A stretch of 64,000 bases of DNA from the NCBI GenBank assembly GCA_028289445.1, contig JANQPO010000017.1, positions 479,537 through 543,536 on the forward strand, given 5' to 3'. The position numbers and the translations under genes were made by a program. Positions 37,151 through 46,864 of the stretch are shown piece after piece. Under the pieces are notes generated by a model. It did not search any database, was not told the DNA's origin, and saw only the letters and a list, made by a program, of their open reading frames with translations. The first letter of the stretch is position 1. Every line of letters begins with the position of its first letter. This DNA is from Tepidamorphaceae bacterium (GTDB lineage: Bacteria; Pseudomonadota; Alphaproteobacteria; Rhizobiales; JAKSCL01).

Positions 37151-39479
37151 CGAGGCGCGCACCACGGCATTGAAGATCACGGGCGGCGTCCACGAAAAGC
37201 GGGCGCATGACTCCGCGCACAAGCACGTAGCTGGCGAGGCGGTCTATATCGACGACATCGTCGAGCCGACCGGCACTGTTCATGTCTATCTCGGTCTTTC
37301 CGAGGCGGCGCACGCGGACATCGCGACGATGAACCTGGAGCCGGTGAAGGCGGCGCCGGGCGTGATTTGCGTGCTGACGGCCGGCGATGTTCCGGGTGTC
37401 AACGATGTCGCCCCGACCGGACAGGCCGACGATCCGGTTTTCGCCGAGAAGCGTGTGATGTTCTACGGCCAGCCGATGTTCGCCGTGGTTGCCGAAACGC
37501 GCGAGCAGGCCCGTCACGCCGCGGCGAAGGCCGAAGTCACCTACAGCAAACATGACGCGCTGATCGACATCCCGGACGACTCGTCCAACGCCGATATTGT
37601 CGTCACGCCGCTGAAGCTGGAGCGCGGCGAGGTCGACAACGCGCTTGAAAAGGCCCCGCGCCGGTTGAAGGGGCGCATGGCGATCGGCGGCCAGGACCAC
37701 TTCTATCTGGAAGGTCAAATTGCCTTTGCCATTCCGGGCGAGGACGACGATGTGCTCGTCTATTCATCGACCCAACACCCGAGCGAAGTGCAGCACATGG
37801 TCGGTCACGTGCTTGGCATTCCCTCGAACGCGGTGACCGTCGAAATTCGCCGTATGGGCGGCGCCTTCGGTGGCAAGGAGACTCAGTCGAACCTGTTTGC
37901 CTGTGTCGCGGCGCTGGCCGCAAAGACAACGGGTCGCGCGGCGAAACTGCGCCCCGATCGCGACGACGACATGGTCGCCACCGGCAAGCGTCACGATTTT
38001 GTTGTCGACTATGACATCGGCTTCGACGACGACGGCAAGATCCACGGCGTCGACATGATCTATGCCGGGCGCTGCGGCTTTTCCGCCGATCTCTCCGGTC
38101 CGGTCACCGACCGGGCGCTGTTCCACATGGACAATTGCTATTACCTGCCGGCGGCGCGCGCGATCACGCGTCCGGTGCGCACCAACACCGTATCGAACAC
38201 CGCCTATCGCGGCTTCGGCGGCCCGCAGGGCATGGTCGGCGGCGAGCGGCTGATCGAGGAAGTTGCATATGCAACGGGTCTCGATCCGCTTGAAGTCAGA
38301 AAACGCAACTTCTACGGCGATGCGCCACGTAACGTGACGCCCTATCACCAGACGGTCGAGGACAACATCATTGCTCGGATCGTCGATGAGTTGGAGACCT
38401 CATCGGACTATGCGGCGCGGCGCGAGGCGATCCGATCCTTCAATGCCGACAGCCCAGTGTTGAAGCGCGGCATCGCGCTGACCCCAGTCAAGTTCGGCAT
38501 CTCGTTCACGGCGACCTGGTACAATCAGGCCGGCGCGCTCGTGCACGTCTATCAGGACGGCTCGGTCCACCTGAACCATGGCGGCACGGAGATGGGGCAG
38601 GGGCTTTACGTTAAGGTCGCGCAAGTCGTTGCCGAGGCCTTCCAGATCGACGCGGAGATGGTGAAGATCACCGCGACGACGACGGCAAAGGTTCCGAACA
38701 CGTCGGCGACGGCCGCCTCGTCTGGTACGGATCTGAACGGCATGGCGGCCAAGAACGCCTGCGACCAGATTAAAGCTCGGTTGGTCGACTTCGCGGTCGA
38801 AAAGCATGGTGTCCCGGCCGAACAGGTGGTGTTCCTGCCGAACCGGGTGCGCGTCGGCAATCAGGAGTTCGCGTTCCCGGACTTCATCAAGGACGCTTAT
38901 ATGGCGCGCGTTCAGCTTTCGGCCGCCGGCTTCTATAAGACGCCTAAGATTCACTGGGATCGTGACGCAGGGCGGGGGCGGCCGTTCTACTATTTCGCCT
39001 ATGGCGCGGCGGCGAGCGAAGTGACCATCGACACCTTGACCGGCGAGTATCAGGTCGAACGCGTCGATATTCTCCACGACGTCGGCCGCTCCATCAACGA
39101 TGCGATCGACCGGGGACAGGTCGAGGGCGGCTTCATTCAGGGAATGGGCTGGCTGACGACGGAAGAGTTGTGGTGGGATGCCGAGGGGCGCCTGCGCACC
39201 CACGCGCCTTCGACCTATAAAATCCCGCTCGCCTCCGACCGGCCGAAGGTCTTCAACGTCGATCTGGTCGACTGGTCTTCGAATATCGAACCGACGATTC
39301 ACCGGTCGAAGGCTGTCGGCGAACCACCCTTCATGCTGGCGATCTCAGTGCTCCACGCCTTGTCCGATGCGGTCGCGAGCGTCGCGGACCACAAGATTTG
39401 TCCGCGCCTCGATCCACCGGCGACGCCGGAGGCGGTGCTCGATGCCGTCTATCGTTTGCGCGCGGAGGCGGGATCGTGA
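37143..39479 (+). CDS. xdhB: Xanthine dehydrogenase molybdopterin-binding subunit
   Basis: ORF 37089-39479 trimmed to the ATG at 37143 (MYSEARTTALKITGGVHEKRAHDSAHKHVAGEAVYIDD). Motif RRMGGAFGGKETQ. Overlaps the xdhA stop by 8 nt. Confidence 0.9.
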   Translation: MYSEARTTALKITGGVHEKRAHDSAHKHVAGEAVYIDDIVEPTGTVHVYLGLSEAAHADIATMNLEPVKAAPGVICVLTAGDVPGVNDVAPTGQADDPVFAEKRVMFYGQPMFAVVAETREQARHAAAKAEVTYSKHDALIDIPDDSSNADIVVTPLKLERGEVDNALEKAPRRLKGRMAIGGQDHFYLEGQIAFAIPGEDDDVLVYSSTQHPSEVQHMVGHVLGIPSNAVTVEIRRMGGAFGGKETQSNLFACVAALAAKTTGRAAKLRPDRDDDMVATGKRHDFVVDYDIGFDDDGKIHGVDMIYAGRCGFSADLSGPVTDRALFHMDNCYYLPAARAITRPVRTNTVSNTAYRGFGGPQGMVGGERLIEEVAYATGLDPLEVRKRNFYGDAPRNVTPYHQTVEDNIIARIVDELETSSDYAARREAIRSFNADSPVLKRGIALTPVKFGISFTATWYNQAGALVHVYQDGSVHLNHGGTEMGQGLYVKVAQVVAEAFQIDAEMVKITATTTAKVPNTSATAASSGTDLNGMAAKNACDQIKARLVDFAVEKHGVPAEQVVFLPNRVRVGNQEFAFPDFIKDAYMARVQLSAAGFYKTPKIHWDRDAGRGRPFYYFAYGAAASEVTIDTLTGEYQVERVDILHDVGRSINDAIDRGQVEGGFIQGMGWLTTEELWWDAEGRLRTHAPSTYKIPLASDRPKVFNVDLVDWSSNIEPTIHRSKAVGEPPFMLAISVLHALSDAVASVADHKICPRLDPPATPEAVLDAVYRLRAEAGS

Positions 39480-40312
39480 GTCTCGCCGCGATGTTGAAGG
39501 CGGCGGCGCCGGCAGTCCTGGTGCGGGTCGCGGAGACCAAGGGCTCGGCGCCGCGCGAGGCTGGCACTGTCATGGCCGTCACGACCGATGCCATCTTCGG
39601 CACGATCGGCGGTGGCCAATTCGAATGGCTCGCAATTGACCATGCGCGCGGATTGCTCGCCGGAAAGCGCGACGAAAGCGAACTCGACATCCCGCTCGGC
39701 TCCGACATCGGCCAGTGCTGCGGCGGCCGGGTGCGCCTTCGGTTTGAACCGGTGACCGAGGCTGTGGTCGCGGCACTTGAGACAGATGAACGGGCCGCGC
39801 AGGACGCGTGGCCGCACGTCCACATTTTTGGCGCCGGGCATGTTGGTCGGGCGCTGGCTATGGCGTTGACGCCGCTGCCGGTCACCCCAATCGTCTATGA
39901 CGCACGCGCCAGCGAACTGGCATTGCTACCAGACGACATCGAGTCAAAAGAGTCGGCGTTGCCGGAGGCCGAGGTGCGCGCAGCGCGGCCGGGGTCTGCC
40001 TTTGTCGTCCTGACCCATGACCACGCGCTCGATTTCTTGATCGCGCGCGAAGCGCTGGCCCGGCGCGACGCTGCCTATATCGGTCTGATTGGCTCGAAGA
40101 CGAAGCGCGCGACGTTTCGCAACTGGTTCAAACGCGAGGGCGGCGAGCCGGAGGATTTCAAGCAGCTCGTCTGTCCGATCGGCTCGGCCGACGTAAAGGA
40201 CAAACGACCCGAGGTCATCGCGGCGCTGGCAGCCGCTGAAATCATCACAGCACTTAACAGGAACGCGAACGTGCCGGGGGAGACACATGAGCGAACAAGC
40301 AGCACGCCTTGA
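39476..40312 (+). CDS. xdhC: Xanthine dehydrogenase accessory (maturation) protein XdhC
   Basis: ORF 39398-40312 trimmed to the GTG at 39476 (GTGA overlap with the xdhB stop). GTIGGGQFEW, and a Rossmann-like IFGAGHVGRALA. Confidence 0.8.
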   Translation: MSLAAMLKAAAPAVLVRVAETKGSAPREAGTVMAVTTDAIFGTIGGGQFEWLAIDHARGLLAGKRDESELDIPLGSDIGQCCGGRVRLRFEPVTEAVVAALETDERAAQDAWPHVHIFGAGHVGRALAMALTPLPVTPIVYDARASELALLPDDIESKESALPEAEVRAARPGSAFVVLTHDHALDFLIAREALARRDAAYIGLIGSKTKRATFRNWFKREGGEPEDFKQLVCPIGSADVKDKRPEVIAALAAAEIITALNRNANVPGETHERTSSTP

Positions 40313-41825
40313 GCTGAGCGGCATCACCAAGGCGTTTCCGGGCGTTCTGGCGAACGACCATGTCAGCTTTGCCGTCCAACCCGGCGAAATACACGCGCTC
40401 TTGGGCGAGAACGGTGCCGGCAAGTCGACGCTAGTGAAAATGATCTACGGCGTTTTGAAGCCGGACGCTGGCGAGATCCGATGGGACGGTCAGACCGTTC
40501 ATACCGAAAACCCGAAAGCCGCGCGGGCGCTTGGCATCGGCATGGTGTTCCAGCACTTTTCGCTGTTCGAGGCGATGACGGTTCTGGAGAACATCGCGCT
40601 CGGCATGGACACCGCTCTTACCCGCCAGGCGTTGGAAAACCGGGTGCGCGAGGTGCTCGACACCTACGGTTTGATCCTCGATCCGCATCGTCACGTCCAC
40701 ACCTTGTCGGTCGGCGAGCGCCAGCGCATTGAGATCGTTCGCGCGCTGCTCCAGGAGCCGCGTCTGTTGATCATGGACGAGCCGACCTCGGTGCTGACGC
40801 CGCAGGAGGTGGACAAGCTTTTCGAGACGCTGCGCCAGCTTGCCCAGGAAGGCTGTTCGATCCTCTACATCTCCCACAAGCTGCACGAGATTCAGGCGCT
40901 GTGCGACACGGCGACGATCCTACGTGGCGGCAAGGTCGTCGGCGATTGCGATCCAAAGGTCGAAACCGCCAAGAGCATGGCGGAGATGATGATCGGCGCC
41001 AACCTGAAATCGGTCGAAAAGAAGGAGCGCGGCGCGGCCGGCCCGGTCCGCTTTGCCGTCAAGGATCTGGCGGCTCCCGCTGATGGCCCCTTCGGCACGG
41101 CGCTTCAGCACATTTCCTTTGAGGTCCACGCGGGCGAAATCTTCGGGATCGCCGGGGTCGCCGGTAACGGCCAGAACGAGCTCCTAGAGGCGCTTGCCGG
41201 CGAGGTGACGGCCGGCGGCACAAACATGGTGTCGCTCGACGGGGAACCCATCGGCAACGATCTGACCGGTGCCCGGCGCGCCAAGGGTTTGTGCTCCGTG
41301 CCCGAGGAGCGCAACGGCCACGGTGCTGTGCCCGACTTCTCGTTGGCCGCCAACACGGTTTTGACTGCGCGTCAGCGCATGGGCCTGGTGTCCAGCGGCT
41401 TTATCCACTTCGGCGCCTCGACGGAATTCGCCGATAAGGTCATCCAGGACTTCAACGTCAAGGCGACGGGGTCGGAGGCGGCGGCCTCCAGTCTCTCCGG
41501 CGGCAATCTTCAAAAATTCATCATGGGCCGGGAAATCCTGCAAAAGCCGGATGTCCTGGTGGTGTCGCAGCCGACCTGGGGCGTTGACGCCGGCGCGGCG
41601 GCGGCGATCCATCAGGCGCTCTTGGACCTGGCCGCCGAAGGCTCCGCCCTGGTCGTGATTTCCCAGGATCTCGATGAACTGTTGGCGATCTGCGACGAGA
41701 TCGCGGTCATCAACGAAGGTCACCTCTCGCGGACATTGCGGGTCGGCGAGGTGTCCATTGACGAAATCGGTCTGCTCATGGGCGGTATCCATGGCGCGCC
41801 GAAGGAGGTGAGCCATGCCGCTTAG
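40287..41825 (+). CDS. ABC transporter ATP-binding protein, double cassette (BMP/nucleoside-purine uptake type)
   Basis: 512 aa. First cassette GENGAGKST, LSVGERQR, LIMDEPTSVL. Second cassette with LSGGNLQK. Overlaps the xdhC end by 26 nt. Confidence 0.85.
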   Translation: MSEQAARLELSGITKAFPGVLANDHVSFAVQPGEIHALLGENGAGKSTLVKMIYGVLKPDAGEIRWDGQTVHTENPKAARALGIGMVFQHFSLFEAMTVLENIALGMDTALTRQALENRVREVLDTYGLILDPHRHVHTLSVGERQRIEIVRALLQEPRLLIMDEPTSVLTPQEVDKLFETLRQLAQEGCSILYISHKLHEIQALCDTATILRGGKVVGDCDPKVETAKSMAEMMIGANLKSVEKKERGAAGPVRFAVKDLAAPADGPFGTALQHISFEVHAGEIFGIAGVAGNGQNELLEALAGEVTAGGTNMVSLDGEPIGNDLTGARRAKGLCSVPEERNGHGAVPDFSLAANTVLTARQRMGLVSSGFIHFGASTEFADKVIQDFNVKATGSEAAASSLSGGNLQKFIMGREILQKPDVLVVSQPTWGVDAGAAAAIHQALLDLAAEGSALVVISQDLDELLAICDEIAVINEGHLSRTLRVGEVSIDEIGLLMGGIHGAPKEVSHAA

Positions 41826-42894
41826 ACTGGAAGCGCGGCCGCAATATAGCCGGCCGATGCTCTACGCCACGCCGGTTCTGGCCGTGGTGTTGACCATCAT
41901 CACCGGCGCCATTTTGTTCTCCGCCATCGGCTATAACGGGCCGGGGGCGATGTACGAGATTTTCTTCAAGCCGATCCTCGACAGCTACCGTTGGCAGGAC
42001 CTTGGCGTGAAGGCGGCGCCCTTGATCATCATCGCAATCGGTCTCGCCGCCGGTTTCCGGGCGAATGTCTGGAACATCGGCGCGGAGGGCCAATACGTCT
42101 TCGGCGCGCTTGCCGGAACCGGTGTGGCGCTCGCGACCTATGAAATGACCGGTTGGTGGATCCTGCCGCTGATGTGCATCGTCGGCGCGATCGGCGGCGC
42201 GGCCTATGCCGTGATCCCGGCTTTTCTACGCACGCGACTGGGGGTCAACGAGATCTTGACCAGCCTGATGCTGACGTATGCCGCGATCCAGCTGCTCTTT
42301 TATCTCATGAACGGGCCGTGGAAGGACCCGGAAGGGTTCGGGTTCCCGCAAAGCCGGACGTTCACCGACTATCAGATTCTGCCCACCGTCATTGACGGCA
42401 CCGTGGTTCATCTCGGCGTGCCGCTTGCGTTCCTGATCGCGATTGCCGCCTGGATCGTCTTGTCGCGCACGCTGTTTGGATATCAGATCTCTGTGGTCGG
42501 CCTGGCGCCCGCGGCGGCGCGGCACGGCGGGTTCGATGCCAACCGGACGGTCTGGCACTGTTTCCTGATCTCCGGCGCGCTCGCCGGTCTGGCCGGCATC
42601 TTCGAGGCATCCGGCGCCTTCAACCAGATGGTGCCGCAGTTCCCGACGAATTACGGCTTCACCGCCATCATCGTCGCCTTCCTGGGTCGCCTTCATCCGA
42701 TCGGCATCATTCTGGCCGGTCTGATCCTGGCGGTCTCCTATGTCGGCGGCGAGGGTGCGCAGACATCCATGGGGCTTCCGGCGGCCGGCGCCTGGATCGT
42801 GCAGGCGATGATGCTGTTCTACCTGCTCGCCGTGGACATCTTGGTGCGCTACCGGATCAAGTTCAAATCCCAGATCGCGGGAGGTGCGGCATGA
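41815..42894 (+). CDS. ABC transporter permease (BMP-type system, first permease)
   Basis: 359 aa polytopic protein. NIGAEGQ motif. Overlaps the ATPase stop. Confidence 0.8.
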   Translation: MPLRLEARPQYSRPMLYATPVLAVVLTIITGAILFSAIGYNGPGAMYEIFFKPILDSYRWQDLGVKAAPLIIIAIGLAAGFRANVWNIGAEGQYVFGALAGTGVALATYEMTGWWILPLMCIVGAIGGAAYAVIPAFLRTRLGVNEILTSLMLTYAAIQLLFYLMNGPWKDPEGFGFPQSRTFTDYQILPTVIDGTVVHLGVPLAFLIAIAAWIVLSRTLFGYQISVVGLAPAAARHGGFDANRTVWHCFLISGALAGLAGIFEASGAFNQMVPQFPTNYGFTAIIVAFLGRLHPIGIILAGLILAVSYVGGEGAQTSMGLPAAGAWIVQAMMLFYLLAVDILVRYRIKFKSQIAGGAA

Positions 42895-43814
42895 GCCCGG
42901 AAATCCTCATAGCTATCATCATGACGGTGATCGGCGCCTCGACGCCGATCCTGATCGCGGCGCTGGGCGAGCTGGTCGTCGAAAAGAGCGGCGTCCTCAA
43001 TCTCGGCATCGAGGGCATGATGCTGGTCGGTGCGATCGCGGCGTTCGCCGTGACGCTCACCACCGGCTCCCATTGGCTCGGCGTGATTGCCGGCATAGTC
43101 GCCGCGATGGCCGCATCGATGATCTTTGCCGTGTTGACCCTCTCGTTGATGTCCAATCAGGTCGCGACGGGCCTGGCGCTGACGATCTTCGGCATTGGCC
43201 TGTCGTCGCTCATCGGCGAGGGCTATGTCGGCAAGACCGTCCCGGTCTTCGGGTCGTTCTTCCCGGCAGGGCTGGCCGAGCATCCAGTGCTGAAGCTGAT
43301 CTTCGGTCATAGCCCGCTCGTCTATGTGTCGGTCGCGCTCACCATCGCGATCGCCTGGTTCCTGAAACACTCACGCGCTGGCCTCATCCTGCGCGCCGTC
43401 GGAGAGAGCGACCATGCTGCCCATTCGATCGGCTACCCGGTCATCCGGGTGCGGTACATGGCCGTCGCCTTCGGTGGGGCATTGGCTGGCGTTGCGGGTG
43501 CCTATTTCTCGCTGGTCCTGGTGCCGTTGTGGACCGAGGGCCTAACAGCCGGCCGCGGCTGGATCGCGCTGGCGCTTGTTGTCTTTTCCTCATGGAAACC
43601 GTGGCGGCTATTCCTGGGCGCCTATCTGTTCGGTCTCGTCATGACGATGGAGCTGCACTTCAAGGCGGCCGGCGTCACATTGGTCGCGTCGGAGTTCCTC
43701 GCGGCGCTGCCCTATCTGGCGACGATTGCCGTGTTGGCGATCATCTCCTGGCGCGGCCAGGAAAAGGTCAACGCGCCTGCCTGTCTCGGCAAACCGTTCC
43801 GAGAGACGACCTAG
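42891..43814 (+). CDS. ABC transporter permease (BMP-type system, second permease)
   Basis: 307 aa polytopic protein. LNLGIEGMM motif. ATGA overlap with the upstream permease. Confidence 0.8.
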   Translation: MSPEILIAIIMTVIGASTPILIAALGELVVEKSGVLNLGIEGMMLVGAIAAFAVTLTTGSHWLGVIAGIVAAMAASMIFAVLTLSLMSNQVATGLALTIFGIGLSSLIGEGYVGKTVPVFGSFFPAGLAEHPVLKLIFGHSPLVYVSVALTIAIAWFLKHSRAGLILRAVGESDHAAHSIGYPVIRVRYMAVAFGGALAGVAGAYFSLVLVPLWTEGLTAGRGWIALALVVFSSWKPWRLFLGAYLFGLVMTMELHFKAAGVTLVASEFLAALPYLATIAVLAIISWRGQEKVNAPACLGKPFRETT

Positions 43815-43825
43815 AGCGACAGGGG

Positions 43826-44686
43826 CTAACTCTTGTCCTCGGCCATGTAGGCGGCGAACGTCGCCTCATAGTCGGGATGCCAACGGGACAGCGCCGGGCG
43901 GTTTTCGATAATGTCGTTGGCCGCCCAGCGAATGCGTTTCTCGTCCATCTGACGGGTGACATCGTTATCGGGGCAAAGAATGTAGAACTCGTCCTTTGCC
44001 ATGCCGTCGACTAGCATGTCGACGACCTGTTCCGGTTCCCAGGCCCCGGCCGGCTTCTCATCATAATTGGCGCGCGTGAATCCGGTGAACGTGAAGCCTG
44101 GAATGAGCAGATGCGCGCTGACGCGACCGTCCGTTTCCTGGCGGAGAGCGTGGGCGACCTGCTCGGTGAACACCTTCACGCCGGCCTTGGAGACATTGTA
44201 GGCGGCGTTGCCCGGCGGGCAGGTGATGCCCTGTTTCGATCCGGTCACGATGATGGCGCCGGGTGCATCGCTCTCAACCATGCCCGGCGTGAAGGCGTGC
44301 ACGATATTGATGGCGCCCCACAGATTGGTGTCGAGGATGCGGCGCCAGGAGGATCCCGCCTGCAAGGCCTTGGAGCCGGGTTCGATGCCGGCATTGGCCA
44401 TCACCACGGCAACCGGGCCGAACGCATTCGTCACATGATTGGCGAGAGACCGCACCGCGGCATCGTTCGACACATCGGCCCCGATTGCCAGCACATCGGC
44501 GCCGCCATTCGGAGCAACCGCCGCCAGCTCATCGACGATGCCGCGCAATGCGGACTCATTGAGATCGACGAGGCAGACCCGCATCCCGAGTTCGGTGAAT
44601 CGTCGCGCGGTCGCAAGGCCGATGCCGCTCGCCGCGCCGGTAATCACCGCCACCTGTCCCGCTTTCAAGGCAGGGTGTGTCGCCAT
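43826..44686 (-). CDS. SDR family oxidoreductase
   Basis: 286 aa. ITGAASGIGLATA and the catalytic AAYNVSKAG. Confidence 0.85.
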   Translation of the reverse strand: MATHPALKAGQVAVITGAASGIGLATARRFTELGMRVCLVDLNESALRGIVDELAAVAPNGGADVLAIGADVSNDAAVRSLANHVTNAFGPVAVVMANAGIEPGSKALQAGSSWRRILDTNLWGAINIVHAFTPGMVESDAPGAIIVTGSKQGITCPPGNAAYNVSKAGVKVFTEQVAHALRQETDGRVSAHLLIPGFTFTGFTRANYDEKPAGAWEPEQVVDMLVDGMAKDEFYILCPDNDVTRQMDEKRIRWAANDIIENRPALSRWHPDYEATFAAYMAEDKS

Positions 44687-44717
44687 AGCTTACGCCTCCC
44701 AGGTCCCCGCGGGGGCA

Positions 44718-45998
44718 CTACGTGATGAGGATCGCCCGGAAATCGTTGACATTTGTCAGCGTCGGGCCGGTCACGACAAGGTCGCCGAGGGCTTCAAAGA
44801 AACTGTAGCCGTCATTGTTGGCAAGAAATGCCTCGGCATCAAGTCCGCTCTGCCTGGCTCGGTCAAGCGTGTCGGGGCCGCATATGGCGCCGGCATTGTC
44901 CTCCGACCCGTCGATGCCGTCCGTGTCGCAGGCAATTGCGTGAAAACCGGGTGCGCTGGAAAGGCCGATGGCAAGTGCTAAGAGAAACTCGGCATTGCGC
45001 CCGCCGCGCCCATTGCCGCGCACGGTGACCGTCGTTTCGCCGCCGGATAATAGCACAATCGGTGGATCGCCGGGTTGCCGGGCGTCGGCGTAATCGTAGG
45101 CCGTGCCGATCATATCGGCGGCGACATCGCGCGCTTCGCCCTCAATGGCATCGCCGAGGATGATGGGGTGGAGGCCAGCCTCCCGCGCAGATGCTGCGGC
45201 AGCATCAAGCGCCATTTGCGGGGTCGCGATCATCCGAACCTCGGCACGCGCCAGTCGCGGATCGTCAGGGTTCGGGGTCTCGCCGTCTGGACCCGTCAGC
45301 ACAGCGCGGACCGCATCGGGGATTGGGATCGTGTGATGCTCCAGGATTGCCAGGGCCTCGTCGGCGGTCGTCGTGTCGCCGACCGTCGGGCCGGAGGCGA
45401 TGACGGCCGGATCATCGCCCGGCACATCGGAGATAGTAAGCGTCATCACCCGAGCAGGGTGCGCTGCGGCTGCAAGCCGTCCGCCCTTGATGGCCGACAG
45501 GTGTTTGCGCACCGCATTCATCTGGTCGATCGGCGCACCCGACTTCAGGAGCGCCGTGTTGATGGCCTGCTTGTCGGCGAGCGTGAGGCCAGGCGCGGGC
45601 AGGGTGAGGAGCGACGAGCCGCCGCCGGAGATCAGCGCAATGACAAGATCGTCTTCGGTCAGACCCTCCATCATTTTGAGGATGCGCTCCGCCGCGCCCA
45701 GACCGGCCGCATCGGGAACCGGATGGGCTGCCTCGACGATTTCGATCCGCGCGCACGGGACAGCGTGGCCATAGCGCGTGACGACCAGCCCATCGAGGGT
45801 ACCCGTCCAAGCCTCTTCTAGCGCCTTTGCCATAGCGGCCGATGCCTTGCCGGCACCGATCACGACGGTTCGGCCCGTGGGTGGATCGGGCAGATGGCGG
45901 GCCAGGACATTGGCCGGGTCCGCTGCGGAAAGCGCGGCCTGAAAGAGGTCGTTCAAAGTGGCGCGTGGATCGTCGACTTCCATAGGTCCGTCGCTCAC
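44718..45998 (-). CDS. Glycerate 2-kinase / hydroxypyruvate reductase-like (DUF4147 + MOFRL, TtuD type)
   Basis: 426 aa. VIGAGKASAAMAKALE, LISGGGSSLL and MNAVRKHLSAIKGG are typical of the family. The GTG start at 45998 overlaps the hyi stop (GTGA); an alternative ATG lies at 45983. Confidence 0.8.
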   Translation of the reverse strand: MSDGPMEVDDPRATLNDLFQAALSAADPANVLARHLPDPPTGRTVVIGAGKASAAMAKALEEAWTGTLDGLVVTRYGHAVPCARIEIVEAAHPVPDAAGLGAAERILKMMEGLTEDDLVIALISGGGSSLLTLPAPGLTLADKQAINTALLKSGAPIDQMNAVRKHLSAIKGGRLAAAAHPARVMTLTISDVPGDDPAVIASGPTVGDTTTADEALAILEHHTIPIPDAVRAVLTGPDGETPNPDDPRLARAEVRMIATPQMALDAAAASAREAGLHPIILGDAIEGEARDVAADMIGTAYDYADARQPGDPPIVLLSGGETTVTVRGNGRGGRNAEFLLALAIGLSSAPGFHAIACDTDGIDGSEDNAGAICGPDTLDRARQSGLDAEAFLANNDGYSFFEALGDLVVTGPTLTNVNDFRAILIT

Positions 45999-46771
45999 AG
46001 ATAGGGTGCCAACCAGGCAAGACCGGTCTTGGTTTCGCCTTGTGGACTGTATTCACAGCCGATCCAGCCGTCATAGCCGAGGCGGTCGAGATGGTCGATC
46101 AGGAACGGGAAGTTGATTTCACCCGTTCCAGGTTCGTGACGGCCTGGCGTGTCGGCGATTTGAATATGGCCGATCAGCGGCATCATGCGTGCCAAGGTCG
46201 GGGCCAAATCGCCCTCCATGATTTGCATGTGGTAGACATCGTATTGGAACCGCAAATTGTCCGAGCCGACGGCTTGAATGATGCGCTTTGCATGTTCGGA
46301 TGTGCTGAGAAAGAAACCCGGCATGTCGCGCGTATTGATCGCTTCGATCACTAAGCCGATCCCGACCTTTGCAAAAGCGCTGGCGGCATAGCTGAGATTG
46401 GCGAGGAATGTCGACTCCAGGTCTGCCGGATCGGCGTTCGGCGGCGCCAGCCCAGCCAGACAGTTGATCTGCTTGGCGCCAAGCCGTGTCGCATAGACGA
46501 GCGCCAATTCAACGTTCTCACGAAACTCGTCTTTCCGGTGTGGCAGGATCGCGATGCCGCGTTCGCCGGCTTGCCAGTCTCCTGGTGGCATATTGTGCAG
46601 AACAAGGAAGAGGTCGTGGCGCTTGAGTGCCTCCGCGATGTCGTCGGCATCATGCTCATAGGGGAACTGGAACTCAACGCCACGAAATCCGGCCGCCGCT
46701 GCGGCATCGAACCGCTCCAGGAAGGGCAGTTCGGTAAACAGCATGGAAAGATTTGCGGCAAATCGCGGCAT
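45995..46771 (-). CDS. hyi: Hydroxypyruvate isomerase
   Basis: 258 aa. The N-terminus MPRFAANLSMLFTELPFLERF is typical of Hyi. Xylose-isomerase-like TIM barrel. Confidence 0.8.
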   Translation of the reverse strand: MPRFAANLSMLFTELPFLERFDAAAAAGFRGVEFQFPYEHDADDIAEALKRHDLFLVLHNMPPGDWQAGERGIAILPHRKDEFRENVELALVYATRLGAKQINCLAGLAPPNADPADLESTFLANLSYAASAFAKVGIGLVIEAINTRDMPGFFLSTSEHAKRIIQAVGSDNLRFQYDVYHMQIMEGDLAPTLARMMPLIGHIQIADTPGRHEPGTGEINFPFLIDHLDRLGYDGWIGCEYSPQGETKTGLAWLAPYL

Positions 46772-46809
46772 GTTCGTTTTCTTGCACGTCCAAGGAAAGC
46801 CCCGGCGCT

Positions 46810-46823
46810 TTACCGTACGGTAA
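46810..46823. promoter_or_regulatory. Perfect 14-bp palindrome TTACCGTACGGTAA in the divergent hyi/receiver promoter region
   Basis: Read directly. It is 39 bp from the hyi start and 42 bp from the receiver gene start. Confidence 0.35.
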
Positions 46824-46864
46824 GGGGCAACTTCTAGGATTCCGCCAGACTTCGGAGTTGCGCC

